This document shows positions 41,096-51,301 of a stretch of 64,000 nt of DNA, piece after piece. The position numbers and the translations under genes were made by a program. Every line of letters begins with the position of its first letter. Within the stretch, counting starts at the first letter, position 1. The notes below the pieces were generated by a model. The model ran no database searches, was not told the DNA's origin, and worked only from the letters and a program-made list of their open reading frames with translations. Origin of the DNA: Gammaproteobacteria bacterium. Lineage in GTDB: Bacteria > Pseudomonadota > Gammaproteobacteria > Eutrophobiales > Eutrophobiaceae. The stretch is from positions 1,184,001 to 1,248,000 of the forward strand of contig CBDCTH010000012.1 in NCBI GenBank assembly GCA_965222155.1, read 5' to 3'.

Positions 41096-42859
41096 TTAGT
41101 CCCGTTTGAAGACTTCGTCAAAGCGGACGATTTCATCCCGTCTCGGCAAGGGTTCACCCGTTTCCCGCGCATAGTCAAGATCCGCTGCTGAATCCTCGTC
41201 ATACCACCAGAAGGAATAAGCGCCGTCCTCGTCGGAATATTTAGGCAGCACGGTTTTCGGGATACCGAATTTGTTCCAGTACAACAGGCGCCGATAATTG
41301 AGGTTCCACAACAGGATGTACGGGATATCATTGGTCAGGATGGCGTCAATCTCCCTCACCAGAGCGTGCCGTTTGTTGATATCGAATTCCGTTCTCAGCG
41401 CATCAATCATGGCATCTACTTCAGAATTATTATAGCCGGTGATATTCTGCCCGCCGGCACGATCCGCCTCCCTGGAATGCCACAGGGATTCCGGGTCCTT
41501 ATACAGGGACGCTCCCCAGGCTGCCCAGGTCATGTCAAAGTTGAACTCGTCCATATCCTTCACCCAGGCTGCCCAGTCCTTCCTGATGATCTCCAGGCGT
41601 ATTCCGACATCATTCAAACTTTCCCGGTAGATGGCCAGAAATTTATCCGAGTTCTGGCTGCGGGTCAGGAACTGGATGGTAAACGGTTGCTCGTCCTTCT
41701 CCAGCAGGCCGGTGTTTTCATTCGCCTGCCAGCCCGCCTCTGTTAGCAGACTCCTCGCCAATTCTTTGTCAAAGCGTATTTTTGGCCCCTGACAAGGTGT
41801 TTGCGCGTTATATAAGTCCTCGAAATAACATTGATGCAGGAAGTAAGACTCATGCATGATCGTCTGGTTCATCCTGGTACGATCCAACAGGTAGGCGAGG
41901 GCGAGCCGTACCCGCCGGTCGGCAAACTTGGCCCGCCGCAGGTTCATGGCGAACCCCTGGAAACCGATGGGATTATAGTTATACACCTCCTGCTTGATAA
42001 TCCAGTTGTTATCGTATGCCTCGCCGCTGGTTTCCGTCGCCCAGCGCGAGGCCGTATACACCGGATAAAAATCCAGGTTGCCAGTCTTGAATTCGGCAAA
42101 CGCATTTTCCCGTTCAGTGAAGAAGCGGAACTTGAGCCGGTCAAAATTGGCAGTCCCGCGCACGCTTTCCCGGTCTCTTTGCCACCAGTCCGCCCGGCGT
42201 TTGAGGGTAAGGGCAATCCCTTCTCTCAACGATTCCGGCTTGTAAGGGCCGCCCACGACCGGAAATTCAAAATTGATTTTATTAAAATCCCGGTCCTTGA
42301 AGATATGCGCAGGGAGTATATGGAACGAGCCCAGGGACAGCAGGTTTTTCCAGTGAACTTCCCTGGCCTGGAAGCGTATTGTCTGCTCATCAAGCACTTC
42401 CGGAGGATGAAACCGCTCAAAGGCAATCTTGTGGGGTCCAGTCAGGTTTTTCGGGTCCATGATCGCATTAAATGTCCAGGCAACGTCACGGGCGCTGACG
42501 GGCGTGCCGTCGCTCCATTCAGCCTGTTCATCCAGCCTGAACTCAAAGGTGGCCCGGTCCGTGGAAACAGACCAGGCCGCGGCCAGGTTCGGCTCGAATT
42601 CCAGTGTTAATCCATTGTTGCTGAGCAGGGATTCAAACATCAGCCCGAACAGGCGGCTGGACGTTATGGTCGTATCGAGATAGTAATTTAAACTTTTAGG
42701 GAAAGGCCCCGACCAGAACGACAACTCGCCACCCGGATGGGCGGCAGGGCTGGCAAACGGCGACATTTCTTCCTGCCAGTCAGGGTGCGGAAATTGCTGG
42801 GCAACCGCCGCGGGGAGCAGGCAAACCCATAAGTTCAGCAACAGGAACAGTTTGTACAT
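41096..42859 (-). CDS. yejA: Peptide ABC substrate-binding protein (YejA-like)
   Basis: Signal peptide; WSDGTPVSARDVAWTF, GPYK, QGFAMNLRR..FADRRVRLAL; ATG 42859 chosen. Confidence 0.85.
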   Translation of the reverse strand: MYKLFLLLNLWVCLLPAAVAQQFPHPDWQEEMSPFASPAAHPGGELSFWSGPFPKSLNYYLDTTITSSRLFGLMFESLLSNNGLTLEFEPNLAAAWSVSTDRATFEFRLDEQAEWSDGTPVSARDVAWTFNAIMDPKNLTGPHKIAFERFHPPEVLDEQTIRFQAREVHWKNLLSLGSFHILPAHIFKDRDFNKINFEFPVVGGPYKPESLREGIALTLKRRADWWQRDRESVRGTANFDRLKFRFFTERENAFAEFKTGNLDFYPVYTASRWATETSGEAYDNNWIIKQEVYNYNPIGFQGFAMNLRRAKFADRRVRLALAYLLDRTRMNQTIMHESYFLHQCYFEDLYNAQTPCQGPKIRFDKELARSLLTEAGWQANENTGLLEKDEQPFTIQFLTRSQNSDKFLAIYRESLNDVGIRLEIIRKDWAAWVKDMDEFNFDMTWAAWGASLYKDPESLWHSREADRAGGQNITGYNNSEVDAMIDALRTEFDINKRHALVREIDAILTNDIPYILLWNLNYRRLLYWNKFGIPKTVLPKYSDEDGAYSFWWYDEDSAADLDYARETGEPLPRRDEIVRFDEVFKRD

Positions 42860-42966
42860 ATCACGAGATTCATTCAAATAATAGTCAGGTAATCGAGCTT
42901 TCGGCAAAGTGAAGTGTATTATAGTACCTTGATAAACGACCACCTATTGATGATTTTTCAGAAAAG

Positions 42967-44589
42967 ATGACAGGGAACATACTGCTGGAGGTAAAAGCTC
43001 TAAAAGTTTGGTTTGCCGCTGAAAACCGCCCGGTCAAGGCCGTTGACGGGGTGGATTTCCGGATTCAACAGGGGGAAACTTTCGCACTGCTGGGGGAGTC
43101 GGGCAGCGGCAAATCCGTGACTGCACTGAGTATCACCAGGTTGTTGCCGCGGACGGTCGAAATCAGCGGCGCCATAGTGTTCAACGGCATGGACCTCCTG
43201 GCCCTGCCAAAGAAGAGGATGCGCAGCTTCAGGGGCAGGCATATCGCCATGATATTCCAGGAACCGCAAACCTCGCTCAATCCGGCCCTGACGGTGGGAA
43301 AGCAGGTGGGAGAGACACTTGCGCAGCACAGGAATCTTTTCGGGAGAGTACAAAAGAAAAGAGTAATTGAATTACTGGAAGCGGTGGAAATTCCAGATCC
43401 GGCGCAACGCATGGATGAATATCCCTACCAGTTCTCCGGAGGCATGAAACAACGGGTCATGCTGGCGCTGGCGCTGGCAGGGGAGCCTGATTTACTCATT
43501 GCCGATGAACCCACTACCGCGCTGGACGTCACGACCCAGGCCCGGATACTTGCGCTACTGAAAAAAATACAACGTGATACCGGCATGGCCATGTTGTTTA
43601 TCACCCATGACCTGGCTGTGGCCTCCCAGGTGGCGGACCGGGTTGCCGTCATGAACAAGGGCAAGCTGGTTGAAACTGCCTCCAACCGACGATTTTTCAG
43701 CCGGCCACAACACCCGTATTCAAAAATATTGTTTGATTCCCTGCCGGATGCCTCGAAAAACCGGGTCCGGGAGGCCGGGGAGATGCCGTTGCAGGCTGAA
43801 CCCATGCTCAGGGTGTCTGAATTGAAAGTCCATTTCCCTGTGCAGACGGGTTTTTTCGGTCGCCCGGCAGGCTACCTGCGGGCCGTGGATGGCGTGTCCC
43901 TGGAGTTAGCACAGGGTCGAACCCTGGCCGTAGTAGGTGAATCAGGTTCCGGGAAAACGACCTTGGGTAAAGGTATCCTGCAACTGCTCAAACCTGCCGG
44001 GGGTGCAGTGTTTCTTACGGGTGACAACTTGTCCGACCTGTCAGCGTCACAATTGCGTCAACGCCGTACCGATATGCAGGTGGTATTCCAGGATCCTTTC
44101 TCGTCCATGAACCCGCAGATGATGGTCAAGGATATTATCGAAGAGGGTATGCTGTCTCTGGGAGCAGAAAAAAACAGCAGGGTCAGGCAGGCGCTTGTTG
44201 ATGAACTACTTGACCAGGTCGGCCTGGAACCGGATTTTAAATATCGTTATCCGCATGAGTTTTCCGGCGGACAGAGACAGCGCATCTGTATTGCCCGGGC
44301 GCTGGCCGTCAGGCCGAAACTGCTGATTTGTGATGAACCGACAAGCGCCCTGGATGTAACGGTACAGGCCCGGATACTGGGGTTGCTGGCAAGCTTGCAG
44401 GAGGAACTGGGGCTGGCATACCTGTTTATTACCCACAATATCAGCGTGGTCGCCAGTTTTGCCCATGACGTGGCGGTAATGTACCAGGGCAGGATAGTGG
44501 AGCAGGGCGCAACAGGATCGGTTTTAAGCGCTCCACGGCATGAATATACAAAAACCCTTTTATCAGCCGTACCAGTTATCCGCAGATGA
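42967..44589 (+). CDS. Second fused dual ATP-binding subunit of a peptide ABC transporter
   Basis: Two GESGSGK and two FSGG signatures; stop codon supplied by the GxxExxY element end. Confidence 0.88.
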   Translation: MTGNILLEVKALKVWFAAENRPVKAVDGVDFRIQQGETFALLGESGSGKSVTALSITRLLPRTVEISGAIVFNGMDLLALPKKRMRSFRGRHIAMIFQEPQTSLNPALTVGKQVGETLAQHRNLFGRVQKKRVIELLEAVEIPDPAQRMDEYPYQFSGGMKQRVMLALALAGEPDLLIADEPTTALDVTTQARILALLKKIQRDTGMAMLFITHDLAVASQVADRVAVMNKGKLVETASNRRFFSRPQHPYSKILFDSLPDASKNRVREAGEMPLQAEPMLRVSELKVHFPVQTGFFGRPAGYLRAVDGVSLELAQGRTLAVVGESGSGKTTLGKGILQLLKPAGGAVFLTGDNLSDLSASQLRQRRTDMQVVFQDPFSSMNPQMMVKDIIEEGMLSLGAEKNSRVRQALVDELLDQVGLEPDFKYRYPHEFSGGQRQRICIARALAVRPKLLICDEPTSALDVTVQARILGLLASLQEELGLAYLFITHNISVVASFAHDVAVMYQGRIVEQGATGSVLSAPRHEYTKTLLSAVPVIRR

Positions 44590-45000
44590 CGCAGATTAAC
44601 GCAGATTAAAGACAAGTCTTTTATACTGAAGCTGTTTTGCGCCGAAATTGATCAATAAACCCCGGTTTAACCCTGAGGCTTTCAGATAGTTAATCAGTTG
44701 AGATTCATCATGGCCGGATAATTTTTGCAGTGCTTTTGTCTCAACAATAACCGAATCATAACAGATAAAATCTGGTAGATAATACGTTTTCAGCTTCTGT
44801 TTTTTGTAATAGACAGGAAGTTTTTTCTCTTTTGAATAGGGAATGCCTTGTAGGTGAAATCCAGGCTAGGGCTTCCTGGTAAATTACTTCGAGAAAACCG
44901 TGACCAAGTTCGTTATGTACAGTCATTGCTGCTCCGATAATAGTATACGTATCTTCATCTCTTCTATTTTTATCTGCGTTCACCTGCGTCATCTGCGGAT
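44578..45000 (-). mobile_element. 423-bp inverted-repeat-bounded element carrying a GxxExxY nuclease gene (family D, full length)
   Basis: ATCCGCAGATGACGCAG at 44578 and its reverse complement ending at 45000; shorter copies at 40921 and 62201. Confidence 0.65.
44596..44992 (-). pseudogene. GxxExxY protein (PD-(D/E)xK nuclease-like), frameshifted near 44860
   Basis: VHNELGHGFLEVIYQEALA, then in another frame FHLQGIPYSKE...PDFICYDSVIVETKA...QLINYLKASGLNRGLLINFG...KRLVFNLR*. Confidence 0.9.
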
Positions 45001-45023
45001 ACTTATCATTATTTTTCGGCGGC

Positions 45024-46127
45024 TCAGGTTTTAGTCATCAGGTGAATGCTATCAGCCAGCAGTGAGACGGTGATAGCGCCGCCTTGTTCGAGGTGGTTGC
45101 GCCGGGCGACGTGGGTTGGCACTGACAAGTAGAGCGCCTGGCCGTTATCAACCGCAATCGTGATTGAGCTTGTCTCTCCCAGGGGGATAAATTCATCGAT
45201 TCGTCCTTTTACGGGGTTCTCTCGTTCACCTTGGGACGGCCTGTCGCGCCGGTGCAGGATAATGCTTTCAGAAGGGATGACCCAGTCTACTTCAGATTGA
45301 GGGTCAAACTCCGGGCGATAGCGGGTCGTCAGGGTGTGGCCATTCCAGTTAATACGGGTTTTTCTACTATCGTGATCATGTCCCTCAATCTGGCCGCTGA
45401 ATATATTATCGTGGCCGACCAGGCCGGCGACGCCGGCATTATCGGGGTGGTTCATGACTTCCTCGGGAGTATTGATTTGCAGGGTTTTGCCGTGGTGGAT
45501 GACGCAAATCCTGTCGGCAATCCGGCGTGCTTCGTTCAGGTCGTGGGTGACGTGAATCACCGGCAAGTTGAAGCGTAGTCTCAAACCGACAAGTTCGCGT
45601 ACCAGTTTTCTGCGGGTCTGTTGATCTACGGAGGAAAAGGGCTCATCCAGCAATAAAACCCGAGGATCACGCGCCAATGCCCGGGCCACGGCAATACGCT
45701 GTTGTTGACCCCCTGATAACTGGTGGGGATAACGGTCTTCCAGACCGCTCATGTTCATGGCGTTCAGCAGGCTTCCAGCGATAAGCCGTTTCTGTTTATT
45801 CCCGATCCGGGTTAACGGTAGCATGATGTTCTGCAACGCCGTCATGTGCGGGAACAGGGCATAGTGCTGGAATACCATGCCGATACGTCGCTGTTGTACG
45901 GGTAGATTAATACCTGTCTCGGTATCCAGCCATTGTTCCCCATGGCAGGAGACCTGGCCGGTATCCGGGGTGTACAGACCGCTGATGGCTCTTAATATGG
46001 TCGTTTTACCGCTCCCGGAAGGCCCCAGGATCACCAGGATTTCACCTGAATCGCAGGTCAGGGACACATCCAGCGGAATCGGCTGAGCCTGTTTCAGTCG
46101 GACGCGAATGCGGTTAGCGTCGGTCAT
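45024..46127 (-). CDS. modC: Molybdate ABC transporter ATP-binding protein
   Basis: GPSGSGKT, LSGGQQQR, LLLDEPF; downstream of modB. Confidence 0.88.
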   Translation of the reverse strand: MTDANRIRVRLKQAQPIPLDVSLTCDSGEILVILGPSGSGKTTILRAISGLYTPDTGQVSCHGEQWLDTETGINLPVQQRRIGMVFQHYALFPHMTALQNIMLPLTRIGNKQKRLIAGSLLNAMNMSGLEDRYPHQLSGGQQQRIAVARALARDPRVLLLDEPFSSVDQQTRRKLVRELVGLRLRFNLPVIHVTHDLNEARRIADRICVIHHGKTLQINTPEEVMNHPDNAGVAGLVGHDNIFSGQIEGHDHDSRKTRINWNGHTLTTRYRPEFDPQSEVDWVIPSESIILHRRDRPSQGERENPVKGRIDEFIPLGETSSITIAVDNGQALYLSVPTHVARRNHLEQGGAITVSLLADSIHLMTKT

Positions 46128-46785
46128 TTTTCCCCAGTCGGTCAGTCAGAAAGTAGATGAGGGTGATGGAGACAAGGGAAATCATGAGTAATACCGCGGA
46201 CATGGTTGCTGCGCCGGTATTGTCGAAGGCCTGGACGCGGTCATAAATGGCGATAGCGATAGTACGCGTCTCACCGGCAAGGTTTCCGCCCACCATCAAT
46301 ACCACTCCGAACTCCCCCAGGGTATGGGCCATGGTCAAAATGGCTGCGGAGACGATCCCGGGCCAGGCCAGGGGTATCTCAATTTTCCAGAAAGTCTGCC
46401 AGGAGGAAAGACCACTGCACCAGGCCGCCTCGCGAACGTTCAGAGGAATGGCTTCAAAGCTGCGCTGTACAGGCTGCACGGCGAAGGGGATATTAAATAT
46501 GATCGATGCCACCAGGATTCCCTCAAACGAGAAAACCAGGGAATTACCCGCTATTTCTTCATAAAATTTACCGAAGATCGAACGCTCACCCAGGCTTACC
46601 ATCAAATAAAACCCCAGGACTGTCGGCGGCAGGATCAGGGGCAGGGCGACCAATGCCTGAATAAGATTCCTCCCCCGGTTGTGCGACCAGGCCAGTTTGC
46701 GCGCGGATATAATTCCGATGGGCGCCAGTATGAGAGCGGTCAGCGCGGCAAGGAGTAATGAAACTTTAAGGGCCTGCCAGTCCAT
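46114..46785 (-). CDS. modB: Molybdate ABC transporter permease
   Basis: LPLILPPTVLGFYL, AHTLGEFGVVLMVGGN. Confidence 0.92.
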   Translation of the reverse strand: MDWQALKVSLLLAALTALILAPIGIISARKLAWSHNRGRNLIQALVALPLILPPTVLGFYLMVSLGERSIFGKFYEEIAGNSLVFSFEGILVASIIFNIPFAVQPVQRSFEAIPLNVREAAWCSGLSSWQTFWKIEIPLAWPGIVSAAILTMAHTLGEFGVVLMVGGNLAGETRTIAIAIYDRVQAFDNTGAATMSAVLLMISLVSITLIYFLTDRLGKNDRR

Positions 46786-46794
46786 ATTGAGTAG

Positions 46795-47550
46795 TCAGTC
46801 GGATAAAGAGTATCCGTATTTTTTAAAAATGGCTCCACTGGAACCGGTTGAAAGATAATTGTAAAACAGAGCACCGTCTTGATTGTCTTTATCGAGTAAT
46901 ACAGCGTATTGGATGATGGGTGTGTGCCAGCTTTCCGGGATGGGGAAGTTTATGCCTCTGCCGGAAAATTGCTTTAGCACTGGGAATGAACTGGGGATGA
47001 TACACAAGTCCACACTACCTGACACGCAAAATTGCATTGCCTGTGCGGCATTCTCTCCCAGCAGCAGTTTATTCCGGCTGACTACCCATACCCCGGCATT
47101 TTTTAATCCTTCCCTGGCCGCCGACCCGTAGGGTGCGTGTTCCGGGTTGGCAATTGCCATTCTTCGAAAATCGCCGTATTGCAGGACTTTTAATACATCA
47201 CTCATTGTCCCGGGCGTTGCTATTTTCGAGGTCTCAGGAACATACAGGCTGAGTCGGCCGCGTACCAGTGTCTTGACACTGTCTATCTCCCGGCCGTTAT
47301 CCCTGATAAAGTCCACGTACTCTTTGCCCGCGGAGATAAAAACCTGGTAGGGCGCGCCCTGTACGATTTGCCGGGCAAAATTACCGGACGAACCAAACGT
47401 CAGATTGACCCTGCTCCCTTCATCCGACTGAAAGGCCTGGCTTACCTCTGTGATAGGATGGGTCAGGTTGGAAGCGACAGCAATGTTCACTGCCTCCGCA
47501 TGCGCTTCCTGGATACAGAGTAACGACAACAGGTAGAATAATTTCCGCAT
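46795..47550 (-). CDS. modA: Molybdate ABC transporter substrate-binding protein
   Basis: AVASNL, GSSGNFARQIVQGAPY, AIANPEHAPYG. Confidence 0.92.
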   Translation of the reverse strand: MRKLFYLLSLLCIQEAHAEAVNIAVASNLTHPITEVSQAFQSDEGSRVNLTFGSSGNFARQIVQGAPYQVFISAGKEYVDFIRDNGREIDSVKTLVRGRLSLYVPETSKIATPGTMSDVLKVLQYGDFRRMAIANPEHAPYGSAAREGLKNAGVWVVSRNKLLLGENAAQAMQFCVSGSVDLCIIPSSFPVLKQFSGRGINFPIPESWHTPIIQYAVLLDKDNQDGALFYNYLSTGSSGAIFKKYGYSLSD

Positions 47551-47571
47551 ACGATAAACTATATCAGGGTA

Positions 47572-47820
47572 TAATCTCCAGGTAAAAAACAGGCCGAATA
47601 ATTAACCGTTCGTCATTGTATAATCTTCAGGTAGAAAACAGGCCGAACAATTAACCGTTCGTCATTCCGGCGAATGCCGGAATCCAGTCACGAAACTATT
47701 CATTATAAGGAAGGTTGGCTTACTGGATTTCCATCCTTTGGTTCGTCAACGGCACATCCCCCTGCTTACAGCATGCAGGGGCAGGCTATGTGCCACTACT
47801 CGGCATTCGCCGGAATGACG
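47572..47820. repeat. 46-bp direct repeat pair followed by an inverted family A doublet with a nested hairpin insertion
   Basis: 47572-47617 and 47621-47666; GTCATTCCGGCGAATGCCGGAATCCAG facing CTGGATTT[insert with CCCCTGC...GCAGGGG]CGGCATTCGCCGGAATGACG. Confidence 0.75.
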
Positions 47821-47860
47821 GGTACGCTTCGAACACGCATACTAAAAGAGGGCTGATGTC

Positions 47861-48721
47861 ATGATTTTATTCACGGGATTGACCGGCGCGGTCGGGACGG
47901 AAATAGTAAAGCTGTTGCCGGAGTTTGGTGTTCAGGCCAGAGGGCTGGTCCGGGACCCGGCCAAGGCGGATCTGATAAAGGTAGCCGGTGTTGAGGTCAT
48001 CCCCGGTGACCTGGGTGATCCGGTCGCCATCAAAGAGGCGCTACAAGGGTGTGACAAGGCTTTCCTGCTCATGGCTAACTCCAGGGAGCAACTGGATCTG
48101 GAAAAAGGTTTCGTCGATGCAGCCTGGGCAGGCGGAGTCCGACGCCTGGTGAAAATGTCGGCCAACGGGGCTAATTCCAATTCAACGTCATTATTGAAGC
48201 GTTATCACGGCGATTCAGAGCAACACATCCGGGAATCAGGCCTGAGCTATACGCTGGTCCGGCCTAATTACTTCATGCAAAACATGTTTCACGTGGCTGC
48301 CAGTATTGTCGAACAGGACAAGTATTTCATGCCCATGCGGGCCGGGCAGGTGGGGATTATCGACGTGCGCGACGTGGCGCGATTTATACTGACCGTCCTG
48401 ACGATCCCCGGACACGAAAACAAGACCTATGAAATCACCGGCCCTGAGCTGGTATCGTTCCATGACATCGCCGGCCAACTGTCCGAGGTGATAGGCCGGG
48501 AGATCCGCTACGTTGACGTCCCCGCGGAAGATTTCAAGGAATCATTATCGCAATGGTTCCCTGATGACTGGTACGTGGAGACCGTCTCAGACATGTTCAA
48601 ACTGACAGCGCAAGGCCGCGGGGCATTGCTTAATGATATTTACAGCCAGGTGACGGGCAGGGCGCCGACGACTCTGAAGCAATTCTTCCAGGATTACGCC
48701 TCGTTTTTTGAGAAGGGTTAA
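47861..48721 (+). CDS. NmrA-like / atypical SDR NAD(P)-binding oxidoreductase
   Basis: ILFTGLTGAVG, VRPNYFMQN, IDVRDVA, YEITGPE. Confidence 0.85.
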   Translation: MILFTGLTGAVGTEIVKLLPEFGVQARGLVRDPAKADLIKVAGVEVIPGDLGDPVAIKEALQGCDKAFLLMANSREQLDLEKGFVDAAWAGGVRRLVKMSANGANSNSTSLLKRYHGDSEQHIRESGLSYTLVRPNYFMQNMFHVAASIVEQDKYFMPMRAGQVGIIDVRDVARFILTVLTIPGHENKTYEITGPELVSFHDIAGQLSEVIGREIRYVDVPAEDFKESLSQWFPDDWYVETVSDMFKLTAQGRGALLNDIYSQVTGRAPTTLKQFFQDYASFFEKG

Positions 48722-48735
48722 TATTCGTGATATTT

Positions 48736-48776
48736 GGGGTCAGTGTAAAAACTTTGTGAATGTTTACACTGACCCC
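48736..48776. repeat. Short family C hairpin between convergent genes, possibly terminator-like
   Basis: GGGGTCAGTGTAAA...TTTACACTGACCCC. Confidence 0.7.
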
Positions 48777-48870
48777 AAACATGGTACAGCCTTACAATTA
48801 TCGGCATCAAGCACGAACATTGCACTCATAAACACTTGTCTTTCATCTGCGTAATCTGTGGACGAATTTC

Positions 48871-50223
48871 TCAGTCGGCCGGTTCGCGCATGGTGACGAA
48901 TTCTTCGGCTGCCGTTGGATGGATGCCGATGGTGGCATCGAATACGGCCTTGGTTGCGCCAGCCTTGAGGGCGATGCCTATGCCCTGGATGATTTCGCCG
49001 GCGTCTGCGCCGACCATGTGTACGCCCAGGACCTTGTCGGTGTCCTTGTCGACGATGATCTTCATCAGCGTCTTTTCGCCGTTGCCTGTCAAGGTGTGCT
49101 TCAGGTTGGTAAAACGGGATTTGTATATCTCTACGTTTGCATACTCCTGGCGGGCCTGTTCCTCGGTGAGGCCTACCGTGCCCAGGTTGGGTTGGCTGAA
49201 GATGCAGGTGGGGATGTCGCGGTAATCGACGCGCCTTGACTGGTTGTTGTAGAGGTTGTGGGCCAGGGCCGTTCCTTCCGCAGTGGCGACGGGCGTCAGG
49301 TTCATACGGTCGGTCACGTCGCCTATGGCGTAAATGGAAGGGATTGAGCTGCGGTATTCGGCATCGACCACTATTGCGCCCTTATCATTGAGCTTCACTC
49401 CGGCATTGTCCAGCCCCAGCCCGTTTGTGTTCGGTCGCCGTCCGGTGGCGTACATAATTAAGTCTGTTGACAGATCCGCAGTATCAGGGGAGTTGACCAG
49501 GTAACGATTGCCCTGTTTGTCTATGCTGTTAATCCGGGTATTGAACAGCAGTTTTATCCCTTTTTGGCGCATTTGTCCGGCAAGAAACTCCCGCATTTCC
49601 TTATCGAAGCCGCGCAGGAACAGGCCGCCGCGATACACCAGGGTGGTGTCCACACCAAGACCGTGAAATATACCGGCAAATTCGACTGCGATATAGCCGC
49701 CCCCCACGATCACCACACTGGCCGGCAGGGACTCGAGGAAAAAGGCTTCGTTGGATGAGATGATGTATTGCTTGCCGGGAATGTCCGGGATATGCGGCCA
49801 GCCACCCGTTGCCACCAGTATCCGCTGCGCGCTGATACTCTTCCCGTTGATCCGAACTGTATTCGGCCCGCCAAGCTCGGCCCTTCCGTTAAACAAGCGC
49901 ACCCCATTACCTTCCAGTAAATTCTTATAAATACCATTTAATCTACTGATTTCGTTATTTTTATTATTTAAAAGCTCATCCCATTTAAAAACAGGTTCGG
50001 CGACTTGCCAGCCGTAACCCGCCGCATCATGAAAATCTTCGGCAAAATGCGAGGCGTAAACAAACAGCTTTTTCGGGATACAGCCGACGTTGACGCAGGT
50101 GCCGCCCAGGTAGCGGTCCTCGGCGATGGCGACTCGTGCGCCGAACCCGCCGGCCATGCGCGCCGCGCGCACGCCGCCGGAACCGGCGCCGATGACAAAC
50201 AGGTCATAATCAAATTCGTTCAT
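48871..50223 (-). CDS. gor: Glutathione-disulfide reductase
   Basis: [43 protein letters not shown]. Confidence 0.95.
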   Translation of the reverse strand: MNEFDYDLFVIGAGSGGVRAARMAGGFGARVAIAEDRYLGGTCVNVGCIPKKLFVYASHFAEDFHDAAGYGWQVAEPVFKWDELLNNKNNEISRLNGIYKNLLEGNGVRLFNGRAELGGPNTVRINGKSISAQRILVATGGWPHIPDIPGKQYIISSNEAFFLESLPASVVIVGGGYIAVEFAGIFHGLGVDTTLVYRGGLFLRGFDKEMREFLAGQMRQKGIKLLFNTRINSIDKQGNRYLVNSPDTADLSTDLIMYATGRRPNTNGLGLDNAGVKLNDKGAIVVDAEYRSSIPSIYAIGDVTDRMNLTPVATAEGTALAHNLYNNQSRRVDYRDIPTCIFSQPNLGTVGLTEEQARQEYANVEIYKSRFTNLKHTLTGNGEKTLMKIIVDKDTDKVLGVHMVGADAGEIIQGIGIALKAGATKAVFDATIGIHPTAAEEFVTMREPAD

Positions 50224-50293
50224 ATTCACAGGTAACGCGCCCCTGATGAAAACAGACAAGGGCATAGGTTAACGCAGCTAAAACCACGGGAAA

Positions 50294-50377
50294 GCCACAG
50301 AGTACACAGAGTATACAAAGGAAAACTGAACTGTTAGCCCTTTCGGTTCACTCCGTGATCTCTGTGTCCTCTGTGGC
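50294..50377. repeat. Inverted-repeat element GCCACAGAGTACACAGAG...CTCTGTGTCCTCTGTGGC
   Basis: 17/18-nt inverted match; internal 9-nt periodicity like family D ends. Confidence 0.65.
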
Positions 50378-50392
50378 AATAAAAAATCCGTG

Positions 50393-51079
50393 TCAACTAC
50401 GGATTTTACGTCTTTTCAGGTAATCGACCGTCTTTTTCGCAAGTAATGGGAATATGCCGAGTAACGCAAACGACAGGATCAATCCGGGTGACAGAATATC
50501 CTTGAGGTGTTCAATTTTCGCAATCTGGGTGCCCGCATTCACGTAAACAATGGTGCCGGCCAGCATTCCGACCTGGCTGACGAGAAAAAAGGTTAACGCC
50601 CTGGTGGTGGTCAGACCCATTACCAGGTTGATAATGAAAAACGGGAATATCGGCACCAGTCGCAATGTGAACAAGTAGAATGCGCCTTCCTCTGCCATCC
50701 CCTTGTTGATGGCAATCAGTTTATCGGCAAAGCGTCCCTGAATGGATTCCCTGAACAGGTAACGGGAGAACAGGAACGCGAGAGTCGCACCGATGGTGGA
50801 AGCGAAGGAAGAAATGACCGTTCCCCACAGCAAGCCGAAAATAGCGCCGGCGGCCAGGGTGAGAATCGCCGCACCCGGCAGGGACAGGCCGGTAATGATG
50901 ACATATAGAAAAAAGAAGGAGACAACCGACGTAAACGATTCCCGTTCATAATAGGCATCCATGACCGCTTGCTTTTCCTTCAGATATCCCAGGTTGAAAT
51001 ACTGACCCATGTCAAAAATGAAAAACAATGCCACCAATATGACAACGATTGTCAGCAATATGATTTTGGTTCTGTTCAT
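50393..51079 (-). CDS. TVP38/TMEM64 (DedA/SNARE-associated) membrane protein
   Basis: LSLPGAAILTLAAGAIFG, LFTLRLVPIFPFFIINL; ATG 51079 chosen. Confidence 0.88.
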   Translation of the reverse strand: MNRTKIILLTIVVILVALFFIFDMGQYFNLGYLKEKQAVMDAYYERESFTSVVSFFFLYVIITGLSLPGAAILTLAAGAIFGLLWGTVISSFASTIGATLAFLFSRYLFRESIQGRFADKLIAINKGMAEEGAFYLFTLRLVPIFPFFIINLVMGLTTTRALTFFLVSQVGMLAGTIVYVNAGTQIAKIEHLKDILSPGLILSFALLGIFPLLAKKTVDYLKRRKIRS

Positions 51080-51301
51080 CTTCTGGTGGCCTGGGAAGAT
51101 AACGGAATGGCGGAACTGGAATTTATCGCTGTCGCAGACACGGGCAACATTGAGGACCGGATGGCACTGCTGGGCAGGCAGGCTTCCGAAGACGTGGTCG
51201 AACATGAGATTTCACTCCGGTTACTCCGTCACTTCGCTTCATCGGTGCGCCACCAGCAGTACAGTGATGCGGATACCGTTACTGTCCGGGTCAACGTTTA
51301 G
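51078..51301 (+). pseudogene. Probable orphan 3' fragment of a larger transporter-associated gene
   Basis: LEFIAV..NIEDRMALL...EISLRLLRHFASSVRHQQYSDADTVTVRV* resembles, from recall only, a C-terminal domain of some permeases; no intact 5' part. Confidence 0.35.
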
